In this document: in pieces, positions 52,146 to 64,000 of the stretch
How positions within the stretch are numbered: the first letter of the stretch is position 1
Layout: each line of letters begins with the position of its first letter
Origin: Vicugna vicugna
Taxonomy: Eukaryota
Assembly (NCBI GenBank): GCA_013265495.1
Contig: MU057865.1
Location: forward strand, 744,001-808,000
Length of the DNA stretch: 64,000 nt
Direction: 5' to 3'
The notes under the pieces: model-generated
The model's input: the letters and a program-made list of their open reading frames with translations, nothing else
Told to the model about the DNA's origin: nothing
Databases searched by the model: none
Translations under genes and position numbers: made by a program

Positions 52146-54737
52146 GAATGGAGAAATAAGACAATTTTTTACATCATGCAAGTTCCAACCAACCCATCAG
52201 AAGGCTCATTTCTTTTTTCTTTTGATGTTTAAAAAAATCATATTTTTATTTTAAATATATTTTTGTATTTGCAATTACATTCTTTTATTCTGGAAATCTT
52301 ATTTTATTTATTTTTTTCTCCTTTTTCAGTTTTATTAGGTTGAGTTATTACAGTTTGACTGCACATACACGTTATATTGCATGTAATTGCATATATACAG
52401 TACCCTGCACATTTTTTTAGTTTACATATATGTACTAATTATCTAAGAAAAGATTAGATCTTCAGCTTTTCAAACTTACATAGTTATCAAAAGAATAAAG
52501 CCAACTACAAAATAAGAATCAATGGAATGAGGTAATCTAGTCATAAAGGACGGTCAAATGTGCTCATTTCATATACATTATCTTTCTCCTTTAAGTGAAA
52601 AATCTCCCCTATGTTTTCTTGCCTAGTACTATGCCATAAACGGGGATAGCCCAAGACGCTTGTGCAGACAAGTCTGAGGGAGCTTAACAAGATGAATGCT
52701 GAATCGTATTTACACTTATTGCCTTTGGAAAGGTCAAGAGTCAGTTCTGTGCATCGCAAAGAAGGTGCCTCCTATGCTTTGCATTAATAAATCTCTCCCC
52801 ATCTTTCTCTCTCATTGCATGACATTCTTCACTTCCCAATTCAAGATTGATTCATAATAAGAAGGTCATATTTGCAACAGTATGTAACGCTGGGAAATGT
52901 GAGTTGGTGTAAATTGTTTATTTTTCCTCTATCATCTCATTGAAAGAATAGGAATAGGTGGTAAAAGAGGAAACGGGATGTTTCCTGGAAGAAACGTTAC
53001 TACGCCACGGTGAGGGTATCAGGGTGGCTGATGGCAGGTCCTAGAATGTGGGCAAGAGGGCACCTCAGGTGTGGCATCTCAGGCGTGCTCAGCTGTGCTC
53101 AGGTGAGGGTGCGTGCCCTGACCCACGCAGAGCCCCTCCCAGTCCCCGCGAAGAGGCACAACGAGAGCCCTGCCAGACCTCCCTGTAAACTGCCTTCCAC
53201 CAGCCAGAGAGCACAAGGCTCCTGCAGGTGATTGAAAAGAAGAGCTGATTTTCAAGCATTTTCCTTTAAAACATACATTTCCCTCTGCTTTACATCTGCA
53301 TATATCTTCCCATGATGTGGCAGCTTAAATGCTTTATTTACTTTTTAAAGCTCTGCAATTGGCTTTTAAGTTGTGGTTACAGCTCCTGTCCTTTCCCAGA
53401 TGCGAGCCAGTTGTACACAAACACATAAACAATTAAAGTGGCAAGGTGAGGTGGGGGGAAGGGCAATAAAAATGGTCAGAGTCAATTAAACCAGTGAAAT
53501 AAAAAGGAAAAAAATTAAACTGCGGAATGGTGTACACAATAACCCATATTTTATTATTTTCCCCTTACAACATTGTGAAAAATACATAAGCCCTTGATGT
53601 ATGTACGCTTCCTTGAGAAAGGTGCTCTATGGCTCAGAGGCGGATTGGCGGCATGTGATGTGGGCAGCTGTAAGGTAAGAACATGTTTTCCCATAAAAAG
53701 CAGAGGAAATAGGCACATAAATTCCATATAAACTGTCAGTGTGTCAGCTATGCTAACACTAGGGAAGCCGGTGCCCTGGAGCTACGCTAACTTATGCACC
53801 TTCATTTTTCAAACACACACTTCTGGGATTCGCAAAGCTAAGCTGCAGTCTGGCTGCTTTTTATTCCTTCTTCTTTTCCCCATCTCTCAGCTGACCGCAC
53901 CCCAGCTCCTTCAGATCTCTTTTACTTTAAGCAAGCCAAGGCAGAGGACACTAATAAAAGAGGGAGGAGGGTTTCAAGACGTGATCCTTACACTTGGTTT
54001 CCCCCTTGCCAAGCACAGCACCTTCTGGGACCTTTGTTTAACACAAGGCAAACCCTGTTGAAATTGAATCTAAGCGCATCCTGGTGCTAAGTCTGTGAAT
54101 GCAAAGGTCAGGGGTACAGAGAGGACTGGGAGGAGCTCTTTTTTCTTCCTCCTCTTCTTCTCCCAACTCCTCTTTGCTTCCCCTTCTCTTCCTCCCCACC
54201 GCACCTCCCCTCTCCAACCGCCTCCTTCTTCTTTATTTTGCCATTTCTTTGATCCTTTGGGGATAACTTCTCGGATATAAACTAAACATAGTTTATTTGA
54301 GAATAGCACCCAGGAGGTAACAAAAACACTTTTCTCCTGCTGTTAATGTTATGTATAAGGCTATTGAAAGTGACCATCACAGATCTGAATTCAGGATCAT
54401 TTGTCAAAAGGCAGCAAAGCCAAAGCTTCTTTCTACCTCCTCCCTGGGGTGGTTCAGGTGGATGATGTGTGTGTGTGCTTGGGGCTGGGGTGGGTAGTAA
54501 ACCTGGGGTCCACATTTTTGACTCCTATTTTCAAATTTCTCTATTTGAAATATTTTGGGAGCTATTTTGTAAAACTATAACTATACCTAAACTCCAAATT
54601 TCCCTTATGACAGCTAATTATGTGTCTAATTCAACCATGCAGGCTCTCAGTGTCCAAGACCATGATTTTCTATGTGGAAAATTTTCCTCAGCGACCTGGG
54701 CTTAAATATCTTTGTCAACCTATAGAGGTCAGCATCT

Positions 54738-54858
54738 TTTTTTTTTCCAGTTGTTTTTTATTTTTATTTTTATTTTTTTATGTTAAAGAGAATATTTAAT
54801 ACCGACAAAACACTGAGTGTTCACATAATAGATCATAGGTACATTAACACAGAAAACC
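54738..54858 (-). other. Short poly(A)-tailed retro-insertion of unknown source
   Basis: 15-bp TSD TAG(A/G)GGTCAGCATCT at 54723-54737 and 54859-54873. The minus strand has ATTAAA shortly before an A-rich tail. Confidence 0.75.
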
Positions 54859-57800
54859 TAGGGGTCAGCATCTCTATCCTACAGGATCATAAGGCTGCTG
54901 GGATTACTAAGTGAAATATTAAATACGAATAATATAGAAAAAAAGTTTTGTGTGATCTTCAGGCATGAGGAATTGCTGAGTCTTTGACAGATTTTGAACT
55001 CAAGATTTTGAAGGCATACTGAGACCAATTTGAATATAAAATGTGCTGATCATTTTCTCCTGAAATGTGGAGTTCCAGGGTCCCACAATTTCAAATGTGT
55101 CTGACACAGTAATTTTCTCATCTAGGAATGGTAACAGGGTTAAAATGATGGTGAGGAAAAAAATGAACAAAACAAAGCAAAACAAAACAAAAAAACACTA
55201 TGAATAGCGATCACTCCCAAAGACTAAATAGAATAAAGCAAAAAGGACACGTCCATGGCTGTTATTCTTGCACATCAGCAATGTAGTGTCTTTTTACACT
55301 GCTACACAGATGTCCGTGGTCCAATTCTGCACATTGGCTCAGCCCAGGATCATCCCCGCTATGTTGTGGCCATTGATGAAACCCTGTCATTCTTTATATA
55401 TGGTGTGTATATACATACACACACTACTTGTCAGAAGCAGTCTCAGACAGCAGTGGACTTCTAGGCAACACGTATCCGAGAGTGCCAAGAAAATCATTTG
55501 GATATAAGACCTAATCACTTACCAGTTAATTGCTCCGCATCGCAAAATCATGATCAGCGTTTGCTTCGCTCTCAAGCAGACCAAGAAACTGAGACACAAA
55601 GATGCAATTTGGACTCTTCCCAGAGATCTGGAAGAAGTAATGGCACCAGGATTTACCTTTAATTTAGAACTATGAGTAATTCTGCCTACATGTCATCTTG
55701 GTATGGCTCTCCAAGGTCTTTCACACCTTTCAGTGTGTTTGTTCATAATTCTAAAGCAGATTCAGTTAAGAGAGAGGTATGATGTTTACCGCCATAAATG
55801 ATTACAATGATAATAATAACCTTCGGAGCTAAAGAAATATAATTCTGGGAGAAGATGATTAGTGAGTCCTAGTGATTTGCCTTCCTTGTCTGCATGGCTC
55901 AATGTTCCATTTCTACCCACTTGTGTAACTGAGAAGCCAACTTCTTACTGTCAGAGTCAGCTTTGCATGGGGGGCCTCTCATGTTCCCAGCAGGCATCTC
56001 TTGCACGGCTGTTGGACCAAAATGGTTTAAGTTTAATTATCTAGATACATTGCTCTCTGCAGTCACCTCACTATTGTTCGCATTGTAATCGACCACATTA
56101 TTAATGCCAGATTTTTCCTATTAGCTTTTAAACTGTTCTTTTACACTGAGTAGTTTGCCACCAAATTGTTGCCAATAAAAATCCCCAAATGCCTAAAGGT
56201 TATTTTAAACACAGTGTGAGCAATGCTGGCTTCATTTCACCATTTATTTTGTTGAATCATTATCGGGTATGCAATGTGTGAACTTATTGTATGCATTTTT
56301 TATGCTGCTGGAATGGCAGTATATTTTTAACGAGCCCATTTTAATATGACTGTCTTAAAAAAAAAAAGTCATTAAACCCAGGGTTTAACAAGGACTGTTG
56401 CAAACTTTACCTATTCTCTCTGTGTGTCAAATACTGTTGAGTGATAACTTTGGGAACCTAATGTATTTGGAAATCTTGGCTTCCATTTTTTTTAGAGCTA
56501 TAATGCATACTAAAGGATGCTATAAAAGAACATTTCTCTTGCAGTAAGTGTTCTCTGCATCATATTCTCCAGTAGTCAGATAACCAAAGAGCTCAGGCGT
56601 AGAATAGCCTTCTTTATAAGTGTCAAAAAAATTTAGGCACATAGTACACATTTTAAGAAAACTTTTAAGTCATTGAAAATCTTGTTCAAAACCTATGGTA
56701 AAAACCAGTCATATTCTTACTAATAGCGTTTCCTATGGGATATACACATTGGCCTGTGGCCACACCACTTCTAGCTAGAATCCCACCAGGTTTTGTAAAC
56801 TAAACAAAATTGAACTGGGTCAGTATGGATGAGGACTTCTAGTGGAAGCAAACAAAACAAAACAATTAGAACTGGAATAGGAAAATACTGGTTGAATGCT
56901 TATCACCAGGTCAATATGTCGTGTTACACGTAAATTCAACTTCTCAGAAGGCAAAGATGAGTTGTATCAAGTCCTCCACCTAGGTTGACTAGAATCATTT
57001 ACAAATACTGTGTCCAGAAGTCCTGGGAAATAGACTGGTTCAATGTGATATAACAAGGTCCTCATTCTAAAGAGCAGTTTAGAGTTGTTATTGCTAACTT
57101 GGGGACAAGGTGTTTTTGGTGGGGTGGAAAGAACAGGGTGGTGCAATCCACAGGCATGTCACTCATCCATTCCTTCATCCATTCAGCCTTCCAATATTGA
57201 TTCAAATTAATCAAATATTTATTGAGCACTTACTATGTGCCATGCTCCATTAGTAGCTTTCAAATTATACCAGTGAGCAAGACTGATGGATGCTAATGAC
57301 AAGAAAGAAAGCTTGGCAAAGTGAATTTTTCCACTTGGTGAATAATATATTCGGGCATAAACATGTCAAGGTGACAAGAGTTCCTCCAGTCATGACATGG
57401 TGACACTCCATAGCTAGAGGTGTGAAAACTAGACTCTCTTACAATTTGGTTCTCAAATTTTAATGTATCGTTAAGAAAACTACATCCCAACCCATGCTTA
57501 CCAATCAGAATGGGGAGGGTTAGGGATGGGCAGTAGAAAAAGAGGAAGAAATTTCCCCTAAGGATTCTGATGAACTATGTAGCAAGCCTTCTCTATTCAG
57601 AGGGGCTTAGGTATGTATCTTAGCTATAAAGCTGAAGTTCCTGGTGTGGCCTCATAGGAGAGGAAGAGGAGTGAATTGAGAGAGTGATCAATGGGATTCA
57701 AGGCAGACACACCGTGGATGCTAGCTTAACCAGGGTACGGTACTTGGGGCAAAGGGAGTGGCAAAGCAGGGAAATGAAGGAGACCAGACCACAATGGTGA

Positions 57801-60180
57801 GTTCCTCCAGATAGACTATGCCCACAAGTAGGGAGAAGTTATTAAACCTTCTTGTGACTGAGCTGCCCAGTTCCACTTTCCCGACAATGGCTTGGAAACT
57901 GAGGTGGTCTGGGTCGACCCAAGGTGATTGTGGTTGATATAGTTCACGTGAAAAAGCAGAGATCGGAAGCATGAGGCTTCAGCAGATCAGGCATCACTTC
58001 TGAATCTTCATCATTTCAGAGCTGGCCCTCAAGTCTGTTCAGAGAGTCTGAACTATGGCAGTGGTGGTAAGAGAGCTATTTAGAAGCGGACCTTAGCAGA
58101 GGGGCACGTGCTGGCTTTAGGGTCACAGATCTGCTCTGAGTTCCAGCTTTAACAATATGGAACTACGTGGCTTTGGTGAAAAGTTACTGGAAACTGTGAT
58201 AATAAAATAATGTTCCTTAAGTACTTGGAGCAAAGTAAATGCAAACTATCCTTAAGCCTCTCTCCCTTCCATTAATAATAAAGTATATTCTTTAGATCAT
58301 TGTCAGGCAAAAATTAGTCTAATAAATTATTGGCGAATTGAATGATTATGCTAACATCTTTGCTTTTACATCCTTTTACCAGTGTATACAGATACAGCCA
58401 CACTTCTTGTTGGCTGACAGGTAATAGAGACATGTAATTCAGGCATCTTCAAAGTGGCTGTATTTTGATGAGAGCTGAGAAGAAGTGTCCTTTGGCAGAG
58501 TAGCTACCGTCACTTTGTAAATCACCAAAGAATGGAGCAGGATAAAATGTCTGATGAGATTTTCATGGCATTATCATATAGATTACAACATAAAGAAGGG
58601 TTTGAATACATCTGAAGAAGTGTTGCAGGATTTACATAATGAATTAAAATAAAAAGGCAGACTGAAGTCTGAATACTTTACCCGATATTCATTCATAGCA
58701 GAGGGAATGATCTTCAGTGCGTTCTGTCTGCAATGAAAGGGTCTGATGGGTCTTGTTAATGGTGTTAATGGTGGAAGAATATCTTAAATTTTGAAATAAC
58801 AGAATGTCCTTAACCTTTAGAAGGGTTGAAAAATGGAAGGATCCGAGTGACTCAACTGTCTCCAAATGCTATAAAATCCCAGATCTTGTAGGTAACCTGT
58901 ATAAGCAAGCCATTGACCAGATAGTTAGAAAAAATATAAATAATTGGGTCATTACAGTGCTAAACACTTACTTTTAAAACTAAACTCCCTTCCCCAATGC
59001 CCACAGAATGGTCTTGTGAACCTCTCTTGATTCCATTGTAGATGTTCCAGATAAGCTCTTTCCACTCCAGCTACATCTTTCCCAATCCTCCAACCTTGTT
59101 AAAATGTATCTAACTTAGAGGATAAATCCAGCTACAGGGTTTATGTCAACTCAGAATTAAGTTGTTGATATACATGGATCTCATTCTACAAGGGAGGACA
59201 TTCACAATTGAATGTCTTTTGCAGAGCTGACTAATACAGGAAGTTCTGACTGCAGGAAGCTATATTTTTGCAGAGCAATTAGAGATGTGAGTATGTTTCT
59301 GGTGCCAGTCATAATACACAGCCACCTTCTCATCCAATATGTATAGATAGACCTAGATTTGAGATATGACGTGAGTTGGATAATCTGTTTTTTTTTTTTA
59401 AGGTTATGGAATAGGTGTCTAAAGAGTGGTCTCTTCACTGGTGAGGTGCTTTCTTTGGTCATCGTTCTACCATGAGAACAGGGATGCCCTTCTTGCCTGA
59501 ATCGAGTACAAGCTGACTTACATGGGCACATATAATGTCTACACCTGAGATCCAGAAAGGAGTGGTACTGAAGTGGGTACAGTGACCCTAAAGGGAAGAC
59601 CAGAAGCAGAAATCAGTACCACCCAAAGTCCATCTATGACTATCAAATAGGTCCAATTCTCAGTAGGAGGGTCTCTCAACAAATGAAAAAATACGGGCCA
59701 TGGAAACATGTGGAGGCAAGAAGGGAAGCCAACAGTGAGAACCTTCTTAGAAGAGGCCATAGGGTTGCTTATGGGCAGCTTATTTATTCTTTTTTTTTCT
59801 TTCCCTGAAAAAAGCTCTTTTCCGTTTGGTTCAGAGTGGTTAAAAAGCTGCAGAGAGAAGCTTCAGGCAGAAGCTCTGACACCACAGGGGCTCCTTAAAG
59901 GCTGGGTTCCTGAGGGTCCTAGCTGTGTTTGAAGGTGACACCTTCAAAGAGATGCTCGCCCAGCCCAGCCTGGGACCAGCCAGCCTGCGGAGACTAGTCA
60001 GGTGGTCCCTCAGCTTCTTGATGAGTTTCACCTTCTCATACAGGAAGCATCTGTCCTGGAAGTCATAGGGATGGGGGTCTGGCCGGCAGAACCCAGGGCT
60101 CGCAGATCCAAAAAGGTTTGGTTCAGGTTTTTCTCCAGGACCACAGTGGCTTCAGCAGCATCCTGGGTTTTACCCTACTC

Positions 60181-60696
60181 TTTTTTTTTTTAATTGAAGT
60201 ACAGTCAGTTCACAATGTTGTGTCAATTTCTGGTGTACAGCACAGTGCTTCAGTCATATATGAATACATACATATTTATTTTCATATTCATTTTCACTGT
60301 GAGCTACTACAAGATACCGAATGTAGTTCCTTGTGCTATACAGCATAAACTTGTTTATTTCATATATATACCAGTCAGTATCTGCAAATCTCAAACTCCC
60401 AGTTTATCCCTTCCCACACCCTTCTCCTCTGGTAACCATAAGTCTGTTTTCTATGTCTGTGAGTCTGTTTCTGTTTTATATATACGTTCATTTGTTTTTT
60501 TTTTTTTTATTTGTTTTGTTTTGTGTTTTTTAGATTCCACATATGAGTGATATCATATGGTATTTTTCTTTCTCTTTCTGGTTTACTTCACTTAGAATGA
60601 CAATCTCCAGGTCCATCCATGTTGCTGCAAATGGCATTATTTTATTATTTTTTATGGCCGAGTAGTATTCCATTGTATAGATATACCACTGCTTCC
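60181..60696 (-). mobile_element. 5'-truncated L1 3' end inserted in the FTL pseudogene
   Basis: T-tract followed by an antisense L1 3'UTR/ORF2 end (tagattccacatatgagtgatatcatatgg). TSD TACCCTA(C/T)TC at 60171-60180 and 60697-60706. Confidence 0.92.
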
Positions 60697-61081
60697 TACC
60701 CTATTCATTTTGAGATGGCTTCTGATCATCCTGGAAGAGGGCATGGCTGCTTTGCTAGTTTTACCTTTTCAAGAGATGCTCAGCACCCTCAGTCTTCTCC
60801 TTGGCCAAAGAAGTGGTCCATGCCCTCCAGAGCCACATCGTCGCGGTGGAAATAGAAGCCTAGAGAGAGGTACGTGTAGGAGGCCTGTGGATGCATGTGG
60901 ACGGGGTGGTTGATGACGGCCTCCACCTAGATGGAATATTTCTGACGAATCTGGGGGCTCATGGTTAATTGGTCAAAAAATGGTGTTGGCTGGTCCCAGA
61001 GGCCAAGGGCAGCAGCGTGGCTGGTTCTGAGGTTGTGACTGGACAAAAGGGTGGTTGGAAGCTGAAGCAAGGGGTGTCCCT

Positions 61082-61118
61082 GGGTCTGTTCCATCCAAAT
61101 CCTGTGGAAGCAAGAGAT
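61082..61118 (-). promoter_or_regulatory. Degenerate iron-responsive element remnant from the FTL 5'UTR
   Basis: The minus strand reads TCTTGCTTCCACAGGATTTGGATGGAACAGA. The canonical CAGUGN loop appears here as CAGGAU. Confidence 0.8.
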
Positions 61119-61680
61119 AGATCCTTGGGACCGCCGAGTGCACTGCCGAGCATGTTTGTTCTTGATTTAGTATGTGATTACTGAGTCACAGAGTAGAAGT
61201 AGGTCATCTTTCACTTCCATGAGTCATTTCTTTTGTGAGCTGAAGGTTACAGTCAGTGCCTAAAAGAAAATTTAACGTACTCTTGACTTGGAGCTCACCA
61301 AGCAGCTGCATAATTTTTCAGATTTGGTTTTGTGCAATTGTAATATGTTGGTGAGAAACACTCTAAGCACTTGGTTTTCACAAATAAATCTGCATAGCTT
61401 ATACGTTTAACATTTTGACATTCCTAACAGGTGTGTAGAAACTTGCCTTTAAACTTGGGAGATAATTTGTTATAACGATTGAGTTGTTCAATATTATCTG
61501 AGCCATTGCTTGCTATACACTTCCATATTTCCTAATTTTTTTTAACTAGTGAACTACTATTGCTCCATTTTTTTAATTAATAGAGCTTCCAAATGATTCT
61601 GTAACAAGATTTTAACTATTTTGAAAGGGAGGTGTTATTTGTAAACTTCTTGGTATCTACAAAGCACCAAAATTTGTTTC

Positions 61681-61885
61681 TTTTCTTTTTTTAATATTTT
61701 TTATTGATTTATAATCATTTTACAATGTTGTGTCAAATTCCAGTGTAGAGCACAATTTTTCAATTATATATGAACATATATATATTCATTGTCACGTTCC
61801 TTTCTAGCTACCATGAGATCATGTATATATTTCCCTGTGCTTTACAGTATAATCTTGTTTATCTATTCTGCAATTTTGAAATCCC
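61681..61885 (-). mobile_element. L1 3' end fragment, same family as 1626-1910
   Basis: Reverse-complement match to 1708-1910. Confidence 0.88.
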
Positions 61886-62917
61886 ATCTATTCTTTTCAT
61901 TGCATGTGTTCAATATATATTTGCTTTGAATAACAGGCACTCAGTAGATACTCATTGCAAATAGCCAGCACTTAGCACATGATTGTTCAGTGAGTGTCCA
62001 GAAATGACAGGAACTTGGGTTCAAGTCCTGCCTCTGGCATTAAAATTAATCAGTGAAGTCTTGTCCATGAATAGAAATACGATGGGACCCCTGATTTAAT
62101 TTTAATTCATTCAGTAAATAGATTCATAACTGAATTCCATTGGTTCTTTTTATTAAAAATTCTTGAACAGTAGTTTTTATATTCTTGGCTCTATGTAGGA
62201 GCCTCCATACCAAAAGTTAAAATTATATTGAATACACATATATATTTTATAACGTCAGTTGCATTCACCCCCTGACCCTTCTTGAATGGCTCTCCGTAGT
62301 TTCCAGAATACAGCTGGGTCCTCACTTCTGCTAGTTGAGGACCACCCTTAACTGACTCAAAACCATCTACTTAAACGTAACTCATCTACTCCCCAATGTA
62401 ATTGCTCAGTCCAGCCACCACGGAGTCCTTAGCGTTATTTAAGCCCCCTTTACTTCCACTGCCATACGTACCACCAATCACATGGAAGTCGCATGGCGCA
62501 CCAGAATGGTGCTGACTTTGAAGCAAGATGGTTCAGTTCCAAGGAGCACCATGTATTTCATAAGCCAGGCTGATGAATATTGACTTTCCGGGTTGTGATG
62601 AAGACCAGAGATAAGGTGTATAACACAGGATATGGACAAAACTTAACCCGATAAATGCAAATCTATCTATGAGAGCAGAAGCTAGGAAATCAGATCACAT
62701 CCAGATAATTTCGGCATGTGGCCACCTACGCTAAAGGAAAGGGCTGTGCATGCAGCCCCCTCTTCCTTTTTTCTCATACAAATTCCCTCCCAGCTCAGCT
62801 CAGATCTGAGATCTTCTGAACCTAATGGTTTGCATCATGCATGCTTACATTAGTGACTTACATTGCTCTAACTTCTAAAGTTAAACAAGAGCTCAAAAAT
62901 GCTAATAGCATAAAGGT

Positions 62918-62968
62918 TTTATTTTATTTTATTTTATTTTATTTTATTTTATTTTATTTTATTTTTTT
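62918..62968 (+). repeat. (TTTTA)n microsatellite
   Basis: About 9 TTTTA units. Confidence 0.95.
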
Positions 62969-64000
62969 AGTATTGACAAGGAAGAAGACCCGAAGGACAC
63001 ACTTAGGCTGTTTCAAGAATGTAATTCACATGCCTTCATTTCAAATTGTATAAATCAGGAAAATAAAAGGAAAGAAGAGGGGGGGAAACTCATTTTGAGA
63101 CTTGGATAATCTTAATTCTATTCATCTAGCATCTTGTATTTGTCAGATTTTCCTTCTTTTCCTGTTGCTGAATTTCAGATGTTCTATTTCTTAAATAAAG
63201 TAGGAAGATTGTGGTCTGATCAATAGTAGCAGAGCAGAATGGAGTCCTAAGGTAATTTTCAGGTAAGGTGAAGCAAGAAATAAAAAGCAAAACTCTCTAA
63301 AGTATGTAACTCTCTAAATAAAGCATTTTTAGGGTCTAAAGTCTCCAGATGATGCCCCCAATTCCCAGCTGGACTGTGTGTGGGAACTTGTCCTGAGCAG
63401 AGGAATTCTAAAGAAGAAAACGAGATGGCGTCACTCCTGACCTCACCTCGTCCCCTTCCCTTGCAAAGATGTGACTGAGGTTCTTCAAACAGCCTCTGGC
63501 CCCAGATGAGAGAGGACGATCAGTGTCCCAACTACAAGAGGTTTTTCTGGGGTTAATCTTACTGGTTATTGAAAGCCACCCAGGACAGTTGCTATTCATT
63601 CATTTCTTAAGGGAAAGAGGACTCTAAATTTTGCCATCCTCTTGGGACGAAATTGTGGTCCCTCACTGTACCATTTCACTTCCATCTGACTTTAGGGAGG
63701 CTGTGGGTTACAAAGACAAGCGAGCAGACAAGCAAACAAAAAATATAAGGCGAACAAGGTCTCCCAGCTGGAACACTCGCTGGCAAAATGGTGACAGATA
63801 ATGTCACCCAGATCTCTTGCTTGCCTTACCATCACCTTACTTTTTCCCCTTTGCAATTCATTTCTCAGTGTTTTAAGAAATAACTGAAAATCTGTAAGTT
63901 CATCAATTGCTTTAATTATTCATCTGCAATCCAGATTTTTATATGAATAGGCTGAATTAATAGCCACAATAAGTCTGCAAATGTCGATGAATGGCACATT

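Larger units (their letters stand above)
59792..61148 (-). pseudogene. FTL: Ferritin light chain processed pseudogene (5'UTR, intronless CDS 60962-59919, 3'UTR, poly(A)), split by an L1
   Basis: The minus strand translates to MSPQIRQKYSI*VEA...[21 protein letters not shown]...LEKNLNQ...VKLIKKLRDHLTSLRRLAGP...GLGEHLFE. It carries stops and frameshifts and has no introns. TSD with a 12/15 match at 59777-59791 and 61149-61163. Confidence 0.95.

Overview
This is mammalian, repeat-rich DNA that looks intergenic or intronic. Two tRNA-derived SINEs of the Vic-1 type point to a camelid (inference). I found no intact protein-coding gene or credible coding exon. The only gene-derived element I recognise is a full-length ferritin light chain (FTL) processed pseudogene on the minus strand (about 59792-61148). 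It retains its 5'UTR with a mutated iron-responsive element, has a decayed target-site duplication (TSD), and is split by a later L1 insertion. Other notable structure: (1) a young 5'-inverted L1 with an 18-bp TSD and most of ORF2 missing; (2) three related ERV1-type solo LTRs, two only 40 bp apart; (3) four tandem duplications between 25.6 and 44.3 kb, including a 2.6/2.3-kb pair with a nested older duplication, a variable minisatellite and patchy divergence; (4) a short orphan poly(A) retro-insertion of unknown source; (5) several homeodomain-motif-rich blocks that may be enhancers. I cannot support a new biological system from this sequence. Repeat family names come from recalled consensus features, not database searches, and the boundaries of old repeats are approximate.
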